Assembly: GCA_041586955.1 (NCBI GenBank)
Contig: JBFGZE010000010.1
Span: 1 to 59,846, forward strand
DNA length: 59,846 nt
Reading direction: 5' to 3'
Origin: Bacteriovoracaceae bacterium
Lineage (GTDB): Bacteria; Bdellovibrionota; Bacteriovoracia; Bacteriovoracales; Bacteriovoracaceae
Numbering within the stretch: position 1 is the first letter of the stretch; the number at the start of each line of letters is the position of its first letter. Below, piece by piece: positions 50,201 through 58,652 of this stretch. Both the position numbers and the translations under genes were made by a program. Under the pieces are notes generated by a model, which ran no database searches, had not been told where the DNA came from, and worked only from the letters and a program-made list of their open reading frames with translations.

Positions 50201-51791
50201 GCGTTTGGCGGATTCAGATATCGCCAATATCTCTAATGTCGATAAAAACTTAGTGGTTAGCGTCGGCAATTTTAGCAATTCGACCATAGATGTCTTTGAT
50301 ATTTCAGGCCCTGGAGCGGTCGCCAAATTATCAAATGTCAATATTTCCTCTAGCGATGGTGGCAATACTTATGATGCAACCCTTTTTACCGACGAGGGGA
50401 ATGGTAAAAATGGTAAGAGATATTATCTCGTAGGCAATAATCAATACCTTAAGCCTGTTGCATTGAGCTTAACAACTGGTTACGACTCCTCTTTATTAGA
50501 CACCACGAACAAGGCGGACCTTTTAATTATTGGTGCCAAGTTTTTAACCGATAGAACAGAGAGTCTTGTTCAGCAAAGGGTTTCACAAGGTCTATCCGTT
50601 AAAGTAGTCACCCTCGATCAAATTTACGCTGAGTTTGGTATGGGCGCCACTTCCGCTGATGCGATCAAAGACTTTATTAACTATACACAAGGTAATTGGA
50701 CACCGGCCTATCCTAAATATGTCCTCTTCATAGGAGACGGAACATTTGACCCTAAAAATCTTCTTGCTGGTGGTAATTATTCCGGGGATTTTCCAATGCG
50801 TTTAGAAGAAGGACGCTTTATGGACTTTGCCTCTGACAATTGGTTTGCCAGTTCCTATGAAACTTATATTCCGTCTGTTGCTGTTGGAAGGATTCCTACC
50901 AACGATGCCTCTAAAGTGGAAGACTTTATTAATAAAATGATTGACTATGAAAATGGCCTAAAAGCTCCTGACACAAATTTGATGAAAATGAGCTTCATCG
51001 CAGGCGCCGAAACTGATGATTGGGATGACTTTGCAGAGCGCTCAACTGTTTTAAAAGATATGAATAGTCGCTTTTCAAATGAGCTTATTGACCGGGCCAA
51101 TTATGGCAGTGATGCCGATCTTAAAACTGATATCCTCGACCGTTTTAACAACGACACACCTTTTATCATCAATTATATGGGCCATGGAGCTGCAAGTTTT
51201 TGGGGCCCTATTTTCCAAAATACAGATGCCCGAACACTCTCCAATGAGCAATTGCCAATCGTTTTGGCCCTTAATTGTGAAAATGCTTATTTTTACGATT
51301 ATCAACGAAGTGATAGTTATATCACTTTGGGAGAAGATTTAATCCTTAATCGCGAGGGTGGTGCCATCGCCTTTATTGGCTCCACCACCCAAACCACGCC
51401 AGCGGCACAAATGTACCTGGCCCATGAGTTTTACCGTGAGCTAATTGGTGAAACCAATGATTATTATAAACGAGTTACTTTAGGTGATATTCTTCAACGG
51501 GCGAAAATCGCGGTGGGTGAAGACAATTATTCAAAAGATGTCGTTAAATCAATGAGCTTATTTGGAGACCCATCTATGCCATTACCGGCCTCATTATTTA
51601 AAAAACGACCTCCGCCTGTTGCAGCAGCTGCTCCAGCGGAATCAGGAGGTGGAGGATGTTCTTTAGGAGCAAATGATGGGACGCCTATTCACTGGACTCA
51701 GGGTGTAATGGAATACCTATTTTTAATGCTGGCATTCTGGGGTATTCGGCGCACCATAAAAGGAATACTTACCTCTTCTCATCGAAATTGA
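44277..51791 (+). CDS. Giant secreted repeat protein with a C25 (gingipain/PorU-like) cysteine peptidase and a C-terminal GGGGC sorting signal
   Basis: Signal peptide from ATG 44277; three long repeats; LISFTA..V.LEWET..E...GFNVYRS domain; YVLFIGDG, VAVGRIP, NYMGHG, LNC, GGAIAFIG, LFGDP; ESGGGGCS-TM-RR tail. Confidence 0.9.
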   Translation: MPFLLILMFFFANQSLSAACGATTRIWNSNSGNNTWSKVQNWTNNNMPDTVDENALIRAAQSVTHVNVDTSISCLEVTSGELNSENGITLTILGDYFRALYLNSVVVTSGHNFTIDMASGNQTLEVKDPLNYVTLSTDGSVTFTESFEIRNALNITGTGTQLNIQADLQLTDAITPFTIPAGITVEVQNGAKLKALGGIIVNGTLHVKAGGGVVIGDSKNLTVNAGGLIKLDGAPGNIATIEGDNSQSWDMDVAGDLYANYFRLDRVGKNKLGIDITGNVQKMDYGEFHFIEPAAYAMTWGSAATLPATMSNMSFYDDDGHGDNGSIDASSYNISDVALTNWSGLGCTSEGCAFENDTNNRINWGTQEGVKLILSTNTNTGAPSNPITAGAAAEEFAIFSFSLNQAATMTNITALTFSLEGSAGPGDVDYIQVFKDSGGNCQTQGVQIGSNLTFSGSPVATATLNISNPADLQVDSSTPDCIHVYLKTTDSAENAVTVGVSIAGTGDVTNSMSYSFSDTSGPKISGPTVTISGDPTRIWNGQQGTSFPNSNNWTNGNAPTSADNCRIGAGMSDPTLGGNRACQNLQIVTGADITWGANDFAIFGSLSVDSGAIFTSAASGTLTMSGNTTQSMELSEPFPGNLIISNTSASSIVSVNSDSYVDGNVTVTDGILSIANGQTLYVGGNITVQTGAKLDIEPGGTIIMQTNGSTITIDDGATLEVIGTSSLRSTIKGETNAINYTIAVGGGTSGILNAKYYSLDNLGATGITINAGVTIDTTNNLSEGSFSCPADGADIIRLNAEIPGDAWTGMSFSKGGCTVNTWDSIYTNITASTGPLTLTAWSGDLGGSGTENVAAGDYNISWGSQSNTIKITQQAARTNASGDQGTTQNMGRWGFQQNPGSGFSNTDITSLKVSLKGTGSSNDISAIRLYEDSDCDSAGGTLLGTSTFSGNPASTTFTGLTFTVAEDTVSPAMNCIYVEFDLNSSATDTATIGAEISSDNDIVNSLGYTIDASYAAPVDLGTLSIVGITTNWTGAVDTDWFNAGNWSSGLPTANLNCVISNTANDPIINGGSPAVCKSVNITNGVVDLDTGDTLEVYGSFTNTGTFTHDGTIKFMDNGVDATNQTIDTNSTLNTVTYDKTAGGSIAIGSASLTMSNFVIPAGQTFDFTVANGKTLTISNGGTVNSGTFLIEAGGEVQVGASQTLTLSGGTFKMNGNAESRPGASAHDAFPTAYTTSKAKISPSSGTWSFNSTSGTIYLNGFVIENLDDNGFRVGGTTILSKLDGGQFSGLSTNYASMKALQLNSTGSLVATSSNVAFNWETNAESTTPANTDAYTIVYSSGCGSQTIDFTGWYGDWYEEPATFDTSTKVDTTSCTVNLNGSASAISLISFTATPHNAAVDLEWETSLELDHDGFNVYRSDVSGENFVQINGDLIRNNLYSLSYKGKYRFIDYDVANDQSYHYYIEDVDLFGNTEMHGPRIVTPLATLSAPGATAGDVNDGGSNANDGETPVTDPGTIQNPSFRDLGDGVQILSQTSTDLRIKITPPTLTINASAWDGTYDDLSMLSYSKTLEAGKPELLRRTLLIEVQSFLTSASLNSEQSSDSVMNGHKVQPAPNWVLNGSNNLVASYSLDNAFYAINQFSPNNYITVEPNLLSVGGKKFLKIIVNPVKFNPVDQDLHLLTETILDIGLDGSSWQVVPSDNNFNVAASIIANTLRIDYSAEGVYEVTYDDLVDSNVEGPFNNVDPSNLRLYQGETEIPLEVIDNDSSLTFNSGDKIRFYTRYFGPKDDTKNQVTLSVVDINGSGNSPLRMANIDGDPSGQYLNFEDEVLYNAKAEETTDVYLSEQYGDGLDHFIWKIIRSFPGLDELIMPIDLPHLNTNSSNMVEVKVSLKAGNLGISEFDHHLGLYINDSISTNAEVYFKTKDYQTISFMVDSYHFVPGNNNIKIKTFGTNANAMGLWETIIIDKVEVDYYGMRLADSDIANISNVDKNLVVSVGNFSNSTIDVFDISGPGAVAKLSNVNISSSDGGNTYDATLFTDEGNGKNGKRYYLVGNNQYLKPVALSLTTGYDSSLLDTTNKADLLIIGAKFLTDRTESLVQQRVSQGLSVKVVTLDQIYAEFGMGATSADAIKDFINYTQGNWTPAYPKYVLFIGDGTFDPKNLLAGGNYSGDFPMRLEEGRFMDFASDNWFASSYETYIPSVAVGRIPTNDASKVEDFINKMIDYENGLKAPDTNLMKMSFIAGAETDDWDDFAERSTVLKDMNSRFSNELIDRANYGSDADLKTDILDRFNNDTPFIINYMGHGAASFWGPIFQNTDARTLSNEQLPIVLALNCENAYFYDYQRSDSYITLGEDLILNREGGAIAFIGSTTQTTPAAQMYLAHEFYRELIGETNDYYKRVTLGDILQRAKIAVGEDNYSKDVVKSMSLFGDPSMPLPASLFKKRPPPVAAAAPAESGGGGCSLGANDGTPIHWTQGVMEYLFLMLAFWGIRRTIKGILTSSHRN

Positions 51792-51821
51792 TAGCGGAGA
51801 GGATTAAACAAGATGTTTCTC

Positions 51822-52649
51822 TTATCTTTTGAGTTTGTTATTTGTTTTTTTAGGTTTGGCCAACTCTTCTAGCCTTTTAAGCATTCTTAACTGAGAAGGA
51901 GGTGTCGAATCTCCACCTGAGCCTGTATATCCAATAATGATCCCATTTCTCAAAATCCTATAAGCTTTCCAGGAGAGCTCAGTGTTTGGAAACCTTCTAA
52001 TCACTTCTTTTAAATAAAAATTTTCGGTCCAATACTCATAATCATTCCAAGAACGAAACCTTATGCTCCCTAACATCAGAAGAGACTCTCCGATATATTT
52101 TCCATCGTCATAGTTAAAAACATAGGGAATAAGATAAGTCGCCGCAATATAGAAATCAGCATTACCTGACTGATCGGCCGGAAACTTTAATTTTGTTTTT
52201 CCCTGGTCATAGAATTTTTTTCCCAGATGAAATAGATCATCTGCTTTTTTGACATTTTTAGGCATTTTGCTAAGTTTTTGCCATTCTTTAGAGACTGAAA
52301 TCCATTCTTGAATATTGTCTTCATAAGCGTCATTTAACTGAATCTCTTGTAATGTTTTTTCAAAAAACTCGATGGCCTTTTTTGGAGATTTCTCTACAGT
52401 TAGATAAATTCGTCCGATCTGATCGATGGCCCAAAACAATTCTTTCTCATTTTTTGAAAGCTTATGCCCTGTAAGGTATTGTTGAAATAATTCTAATGAT
52501 TTCTGGTAATTTCTTTTATTAAATTCTTTTTGGGCTTCTTTATAAACACTGTCTATAGATGTCTGAGAATTAGGTGTTTCCCGTGATTGCTTCTGGGTCG
52601 TTGAACACGAAGCGAAGAGAAGAGATAGCGCCAGCAATACTAATTTCAT
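51822..52649 (-). CDS. TPR-containing lipoprotein
   Basis: Lipobox FASC; TPR-like helices; VIRRFPNTE. Confidence 0.8.
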   Translation of the reverse strand: MKLVLLALSLLFASCSTTQKQSRETPNSQTSIDSVYKEAQKEFNKRNYQKSLELFQQYLTGHKLSKNEKELFWAIDQIGRIYLTVEKSPKKAIEFFEKTLQEIQLNDAYEDNIQEWISVSKEWQKLSKMPKNVKKADDLFHLGKKFYDQGKTKLKFPADQSGNADFYIAATYLIPYVFNYDDGKYIGESLLMLGSIRFRSWNDYEYWTENFYLKEVIRRFPNTELSWKAYRILRNGIIIGYTGSGGDSTPPSQLRMLKRLEELAKPKKTNNKLKR

Positions 52650-52979
52650 TATATTTCCTTTTCGTCATCCCTTATACTGATAACTACAACAATCCTATAA
52701 TAGTTCACTTGTTTTTAAAAAACGTATTGTTTATTCTAAATCTTTTTTTATTGGTTGTCGATATTTGCTCGTCCATATGCGGTTTTTTTGTCACGCACTC
52801 CCTTTAAGAGCAAAAAACAGGAATCGATAGGCATGCGCGGGTCACTTTACTTTTTTAGCAATGCCTTAGTAATCTCCAGAGCGAATATATGTGATTTTTA
52901 GAGGTTTTTTGAATGCATACTTATCTCAGTGCATACCCCGCTCTACTCTAGATCGCAATCCAAGATAAATAAATGTTCA

Positions 52980-53897
52980 TCACCTTATCCAATTCATTAA
53001 ATCCTGTGGGAATGGATTAAAGTAATATTGTCTTTTAAGGTAGGATATATCATTTTTCTCAATTAAAAAGTGTAGGAGCCGATCTGCCTCTTTAAAACCT
53101 ACGGGTGACGTCATACTTTGGGAAAAGAGCCGATATAAGTATTCTTTCTCCTGTCGCGAGATTCTTTTTTTTAAATAACCCATCATATGATACAGAGTAT
53201 TGAGAATATTTGTTTTTTTTCGCGGTAAGGCCAGCATACTCATGAGGCCATGCCGATAGCGCTCCATCTGGTTCTCGTCATTGCGAGCGGCAATTTTTCC
53301 CAATTCGCGCATACCATCCTGATGGTAAGACATAAGAAAATACTTATAATCTCGATGAAAGTCTTGTATGGGCAATTTAAGTTTCCGATGAATCCGAAAA
53401 CGATAATGAGCAAAGACTTGTGTTAAAAAATGGATTCTACTGTCCAAATCATGAAACCGACCACTATCTATTTTTGGGACATCGATCATATTAAGAATAA
53501 GGAATTGAGCAAAAAAACCCTGTAAATAACGATCCGTCACTCCCGAATCGTAATTAAAATATTTCACTCGTTCTAGGCCACAACTTGGTGATTTCGCTTG
53601 CAAAATCACACCATCAAATTCGATGTTTTTAAATTCAGTACGATATTGATCAACAACTCTTCGCACCAAAGATGTGAGATCATCACCTTTTCTGTTTTTC
53701 ACTATAAAACCATCTTTTCGAGGCGAATATTCAATATGGATTTGCTCGCGAGGAACGCCAAGTCCCATGGCCACCTCGGGACAAACGGGATAAAAATCAG
53801 CATGCTTCCCTAGAACTCGGGTAATCCATTTATATTCCGTGTGGCCGCCATTATAACGAACCTCACTTCCTAGTAAACAAGAGCTAATCAAAATCAA
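52980..53897 (-). CDS. DUF523 + DUF1722 (YbgA family) protein
   Basis: ISSCLLGSEVRYNGGH, CPEVAMGLGVPRE, KSPSCG, FHRDYKY.LMS, HMMGYLK, QYYFNPFP. Confidence 0.92.
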   Translation of the reverse strand: MILISSCLLGSEVRYNGGHTEYKWITRVLGKHADFYPVCPEVAMGLGVPREQIHIEYSPRKDGFIVKNRKGDDLTSLVRRVVDQYRTEFKNIEFDGVILQAKSPSCGLERVKYFNYDSGVTDRYLQGFFAQFLILNMIDVPKIDSGRFHDLDSRIHFLTQVFAHYRFRIHRKLKLPIQDFHRDYKYFLMSYHQDGMRELGKIAARNDENQMERYRHGLMSMLALPRKKTNILNTLYHMMGYLKKRISRQEKEYLYRLFSQSMTSPVGFKEADRLLHFLIEKNDISYLKRQYYFNPFPQDLMNWIR

Positions 53898-54436
53898 TGG
53901 ACGGTTTTTTGTAGTTTTGATAAATCAAATCCTTTTTCTCTAAGTTTATCTAATATAGATAAATACAGCTCCTCCTCCATTTTCTTTGTTCGAGACAAGA
54001 TCCAGAGCGAATCCATTCTCGGTCCACTCACAACAGAATATAAATAATTAAGGTCATCAAGAAGAATGACCCAGTAATCTCCTGCAAAAATTGGTAATCG
54101 GATTTGTCTTAAGAAAAACTGCACTTTAAGCTTAGAATTAGACTCCTTATCAACCACCCATCCTCTCGCCTTCGCTCGTTTTAATTTTCCAGATGGCCCA
54201 CCAAGACGACATTGGTTGATGACATCGATTTCATTATCGTCTCGTAATTTATAAGTTGCTTGGGTTGCGGTGCAATTTTTTTGAAAATGGTGGGGATAGG
54301 AAGCAATCTCGTACCATACTCCCATATAACTTGGCACATCTAAATAGGGTACCGTTTCAAGTTCTGAATTATCACCGGCATAAACACTGACATTTAAAAG
54401 GAAGAGTAGCGATAGAAGTGTTATGACTTTTTTCAT
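53894..54436 (-). CDS. blc: Bacterial lipocalin
   Basis: YMGVWYEIA, KLKVQF, GDYWV, LWILSR. Confidence 0.9.
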   Translation of the reverse strand: MKKVITLLSLLFLLNVSVYAGDNSELETVPYLDVPSYMGVWYEIASYPHHFQKNCTATQATYKLRDDNEIDVINQCRLGGPSGKLKRAKARGWVVDKESNSKLKVQFFLRQIRLPIFAGDYWVILLDDLNYLYSVVSGPRMDSLWILSRTKKMEEELYLSILDKLREKGFDLSKLQKTVH

Positions 54437-55821
54437 AATGACCTCTCAGCTGTAAATATTTCTTTAATTTTGCTCTTTCTATAATTAAAAATTTTATTTA
54501 AATCATCCTTAATTAATTTACCCATTAAAAAATCACCAAGAACACCAAATGGGACCTTGTAGACTATATCATCTTGAATCAATGTCCCACCAGAAATTTC
54601 AGTAAAGCGATGTAAATGAGTCCACCTTTTATAGGGACCCTTTACTTGCGTATCAGTAAAGCGCATAGGTGGTATATAATCCTCTATAACAGAGCGCCAA
54701 CGTATCGGGAGCCCATGTATCTTTAAACGATAATCGATAACGCTACCTTTCTTGATTTTTTCAGTTGTCATTTTATCAATTTTAAAAACCAAATGCTCCG
54801 GTGTTATTTTACCGAGGTTATTGGCCTCGGAAAAAAAGGGAAAGACATCCTCTCGCGAACGAGGTACCCATTGCCAAACTTTTAGGCCTTTTTCCCCTTT
54901 GATCACCTTGCACAATACATCCTTTAAGCATTCTTCTAAGGTATAATACTTAAAAACAAAACCGTTATTCAGAAATTTACGCGGTATAACCCTTTGACTA
55001 TCCAAGAGAACATCGGCCATCTCGCCAAACATCAACCTTATGAGTGATTGCGGAATACTCAAGTTAATTTTTGCCTTTAATAAGCGAGATAAAAGTCGTG
55101 TCAACTCGGAGTTCATTTCAGGAAAAGGAGCAACACCATTATAGATCCCTTCACATTGTGTATTTTCAACTCCCCAAACATACATATCAATTAAATCCTC
55201 TATGTGGATCCAACTCATATACTGGTCACCATTGCCAAGCTTAGCACTAATTCCCCATAATAATGGTGTCAACATTTTTTTTAAGGCGCCACCGTCTGCC
55301 CCAATAACAATCCCAGTGCGAATAATCATGGTCTTCATTCCTGGGATTTCATGGGTCAAAAGAACCCTTTCCCATAACTCACAGACCTCGGCCAAAAAGC
55401 CATGTCCGTGATCACTCTCCTCAAAGAGAATTTCGTCCCCCCGATTGCCATAAATTCCGACTGCAGAAGCGCTAATAAATTTTTTAATGGGAATGTTATG
55501 CTCTTTAATTTTTTCTAAAAGTAGATCGCAACCATTTAAGCGAGACATAAGAATTTTTTTCTTCTTTTGTATATTCCAACGTCCGTCAGCGATAGGTTCT
55601 CCTGCGAGATGAATAATCACATCGACACCAAGTAGGGCCCGATAATCTATTTCTCTTTTGTCTGGATTCCATTGATACACATCGATAGGAAGACTAAGAT
55701 CTTTTTTAAAGTCATGGGCCTTCGTAGACAAAATATTAATGCGATCATGGCCTCTCAGCAAAAGTGTCTCTAATAATTGAGATCCAATGAAGCCACTTGC
55801 ACCAGTCACGAGTAATTTCAT
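54433..55821 (-). CDS. TIGR01777-family NAD-dependent epimerase-like protein fused to an SRPBCC domain
   Basis: VTGASGFIG, HLAGEPIA..RW, SASAVGIYG, LGNGDQYMSWIHIED, SQRVIP; C-terminal VFPFFS...NL..ITP, GPYKRWTHLH. Confidence 0.92.
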   Translation of the reverse strand: MKLLVTGASGFIGSQLLETLLLRGHDRINILSTKAHDFKKDLSLPIDVYQWNPDKREIDYRALLGVDVIIHLAGEPIADGRWNIQKKKKILMSRLNGCDLLLEKIKEHNIPIKKFISASAVGIYGNRGDEILFEESDHGHGFLAEVCELWERVLLTHEIPGMKTMIIRTGIVIGADGGALKKMLTPLLWGISAKLGNGDQYMSWIHIEDLIDMYVWGVENTQCEGIYNGVAPFPEMNSELTRLLSRLLKAKINLSIPQSLIRLMFGEMADVLLDSQRVIPRKFLNNGFVFKYYTLEECLKDVLCKVIKGEKGLKVWQWVPRSREDVFPFFSEANNLGKITPEHLVFKIDKMTTEKIKKGSVIDYRLKIHGLPIRWRSVIEDYIPPMRFTDTQVKGPYKRWTHLHRFTEISGGTLIQDDIVYKVPFGVLGDFLMGKLIKDDLNKIFNYRKSKIKEIFTAERSL

Positions 55822-55852
55822 AATTTCCTCCTGTGCAACTTCCTCCCAATCC

Positions 55853-55895
55853 TATGACAAAACTGAGACAGCATAGCTAGACATGGCCTAGACAA
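55853..55895. promoter_or_regulatory. CarH/LitR-type operator (tandem GACA/TAGACA direct repeats)
   Basis: GACA at 55856, 55867, 55880 and 55891 (spacing 11/13/11); the last two read TAGACA; located between the divergent regulator and its operon. Confidence 0.7.
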
Positions 55896-56000
55896 ATGCC
55901 TTATTTAATATAATTCACTGTGATTTTAAGGTGTTATAGCACCATTGCAAGTTCGACAAAAACTTGAATTATGCTAAGATGAGATCCACTGGAGCTCTAC

Positions 56001-56933
56001 ATGGATTACTTCAATATACAAATTGCTTCCAATCTAACAGGTGTATCTATCCACACTTTAAGGGCATGGGAAAAAAGATATCATACCGTGACGCCCACTC
56101 GCTCACAATCAGGCCACCGACTTTATAGTGAAAAGGACATTAAAAAATTAAAGGCCCTCAATAACCTTTGTTCTTTCGGACATAATATCGGCTCTATTGC
56201 GAATAAGAATTTAAACGAATTGGAAGACCTTCTATACAAGCATGGTGTACACGAGAAAGTTAAAACATCAGAATACCCACTTAAATCCAGGCCAGAACAG
56301 GCAAAAAAAATATTGAACCATCTCCTTTTGGCCTTAGAAAATTATCGCTTGGATATCATTTCTCATGAGCTATATAATTTAAAAATGACTTTATCACTTA
56401 GAGAATTGGCATTAAATATTATTAGCCCCCTGATGGGTCAGGTCGGAAAAAAGGTCTTCGAAAACACTTTAACAATTGCTCAAGAACATGCTCTCTCTAG
56501 TGTTGTCCGCTTCCATTTAGGAAAATTTCTCTACAAGTCCTATTCGGAAAAAAATAAATCGGGCGATCTCATTATTATCGCTACGCCCGAAAACGATTAT
56601 CATGAGTTTGGCATAATCCTAGCAAGTTTATTATGCATTCATTATGAACGCAATTTCTTTTACCTAGGACCAAGTTTACCCGCGGAAACCTTATCCCAGG
56701 CCACTCAATCGATTAAAGGAACCCAGATAATTTTAGGGACTACCGAGGCGACCTGCCCCAACGACAGCCCTTTTTTGACAGACTATATTAATACCGTTTT
56801 ATCTAAGATAAATAAAAAGACAAAATTTTTCTTGGGGGGTCCGGGCTTTTTTGATACCACAAAATTTAAAAAATATGATAATTTCAATTATCTTCCAACG
56901 TTAAATCACCTCGATTTGTTTTTACAAAAATAA
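56001..56933 (+). CDS. MerR-family regulator with cobalamin-binding-like domain (CarH/CarA/LitR family)
   Basis: TLRAWEKRY..VTPTRS.SGHRLYS HTH; AQEH and DYHEFG motifs; YLGPSLP. Confidence 0.9.
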   Translation: MDYFNIQIASNLTGVSIHTLRAWEKRYHTVTPTRSQSGHRLYSEKDIKKLKALNNLCSFGHNIGSIANKNLNELEDLLYKHGVHEKVKTSEYPLKSRPEQAKKILNHLLLALENYRLDIISHELYNLKMTLSLRELALNIISPLMGQVGKKVFENTLTIAQEHALSSVVRFHLGKFLYKSYSEKNKSGDLIIIATPENDYHEFGIILASLLCIHYERNFFYLGPSLPAETLSQATQSIKGTQIILGTTEATCPNDSPFLTDYINTVLSKINKKTKFFLGGPGFFDTTKFKKYDNFNYLPTLNHLDLFLQK

Positions 56934-56947
56934 AATAAGGAGGATAT

Positions 56948-58369
56948 ATGGCGAAAATTGTCATTGCAGGCGCCAGTGGATTTGTTGGTAAAAACCTCAT
57001 CCGCTATTTATCAAAGGAAGCGGATCACGAAATCTACGCACTCTCACGTAGTGAGAAAAAAAGTAACCAAAATAAAAAGGTCCAATGGGTTTCCTGTGAT
57101 TTATTTTCCTTACTCGATATCGAAAATGCTTTAAATGGGATGGATTATGCCATTTATCTTGTCCATTCAATGCTCCCCACTTCAAGACTCACTCAGGGGA
57201 ATTTTCAGGATAATGACCTTATCTTGGCAGATAATTTTGCTCGTGCAGCAAAAAAAGCGGCGATCAAACAAGTAATTTATTTGGGCGGTATTATTCCTTC
57301 GGATGATAAGCTTTCCACCCATCTCCAAAGCAGGCTAGAAACAGAGGAAACCCTTAAGGCCTATGGCACACATGTCACGGCACTGAGGGCCGCCATTATT
57401 ATTGGGAGAGAGGGCTCCAGCTTTAATATCATCACCAAACTAGTTGAACGCCTCCCCGCTTTAATTTGTCCCGCTTGGACTCAAACACTATCGCGCCCAG
57501 TGGCCATAGATGATGTGGTTAAGGCCATTGCCTTTTGTCTCGGGAATGAAGAGACCTATAACAAATATTATGACTTAGCAGGGAGCGATACTGGCATCAC
57601 ATATAAACAAATATTGGAAAAAACGGCCCAATTAATGGGACTCAAACGTTATTTTTATAATATTAGACTTTTCTCCCCAGAATTATCAAAATTATGGGTT
57701 AGTACCTTTAGCAGTACTCCTAAAAATCTCGTATCACCTCTTATCAATTCTCTCCAACATAATATGTTACCCGACCAGGAGCATGAATTGAAAATACCAA
57801 ATTATCGTTTTTCTACCTTTGAAGATGCGATGAAGGGGGCGATTAAAAGTATTCCCCGTAATGAACGCAGCATCCCCATCTTTAATAAAAATTACACCTA
57901 TTGGCGAATGGCCCCGAGGCCAAATAAAGTTCGCAGTGTACAAAGGCTCCATAGGCCCATCGATAAAAACGCCCAATGGGTCGCTAAACAATACATGAAT
58001 TGGCTGCCTCAATTTTTTAAGCGAATTATTAAAGTTCAGCGACATGGCAATATTTTCTCCTTTATCCTATTGGGACATATCGAACTTTTACAATTAACCC
58101 TTTTTGACAATCGCAGTACGCCCGACCGTCAATTATTTTATATTACTGGGGGCGCCTTATCTCACAATGATCAAGGAAGGGGCCGAATTGAATTTAGAGA
58201 AACTGCTTGTGGTAAGTACTTTATTTGCGCGCTACATGACTACCGTCCCATTCTTCCTTGGTATATTTATAGTTATACTCAGGCGCCGTTTCACCTCTTT
58301 GTGATGAAAAAATTTCAGGAATATTTAAGCATCGTTTCAGGAGCGGCATTGGCACAAGAGAAAAAATAA
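56948..58369 (+). CDS. YbjT-like NAD(P)-binding SDR protein with C-terminal extension
   Basis: AGASGFVG, AIYLVHSM, IYLGG, LSTHLQSRLE, LRAAIIIG..GSSF. Confidence 0.88.
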   Translation: MAKIVIAGASGFVGKNLIRYLSKEADHEIYALSRSEKKSNQNKKVQWVSCDLFSLLDIENALNGMDYAIYLVHSMLPTSRLTQGNFQDNDLILADNFARAAKKAAIKQVIYLGGIIPSDDKLSTHLQSRLETEETLKAYGTHVTALRAAIIIGREGSSFNIITKLVERLPALICPAWTQTLSRPVAIDDVVKAIAFCLGNEETYNKYYDLAGSDTGITYKQILEKTAQLMGLKRYFYNIRLFSPELSKLWVSTFSSTPKNLVSPLINSLQHNMLPDQEHELKIPNYRFSTFEDAMKGAIKSIPRNERSIPIFNKNYTYWRMAPRPNKVRSVQRLHRPIDKNAQWVAKQYMNWLPQFFKRIIKVQRHGNIFSFILLGHIELLQLTLFDNRSTPDRQLFYITGGALSHNDQGRGRIEFRETACGKYFICALHDYRPILPWYIYSYTQAPFHLFVMKKFQEYLSIVSGAALAQEKK

Positions 58370-58652
58370 GTCATCAATATATAATCTTTTACTCATAATC
58401 TCCTGCCCTAGGTGGTTTGTTTTTATATGATCATATTCTTAAGGCCTAACAACATAAAGCACCTATGCGATCCAAAATGATAGGTGCGATATAAATCCTT
58501 AACTTTTAAACTACGATCATTACGTTATTCTTTTATTTTATCCTCCAAGCTAAATTTATAATTTAAGCTTCACGGCGGTTAATACTAATAACAAAAGTAC
58601 TACAGTGAAGCGGAATGTCACCAATATTGAATCAATTAAATAATAACTCATT

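Noticed and set aside
92..58304. Many 60-130 aa ORFs antisense to or nested in well-supported genes (e.g. 3612-3917, 18648-19031, 37931-38260, 45702-46034)
   Set aside because: Shadow ORFs with no RBS or motif support
58459..58487. GCACCTAT/ATAGGTGC inverted repeat
   Set aside because: Probably an ordinary terminator between convergent genes; long loop and no further support
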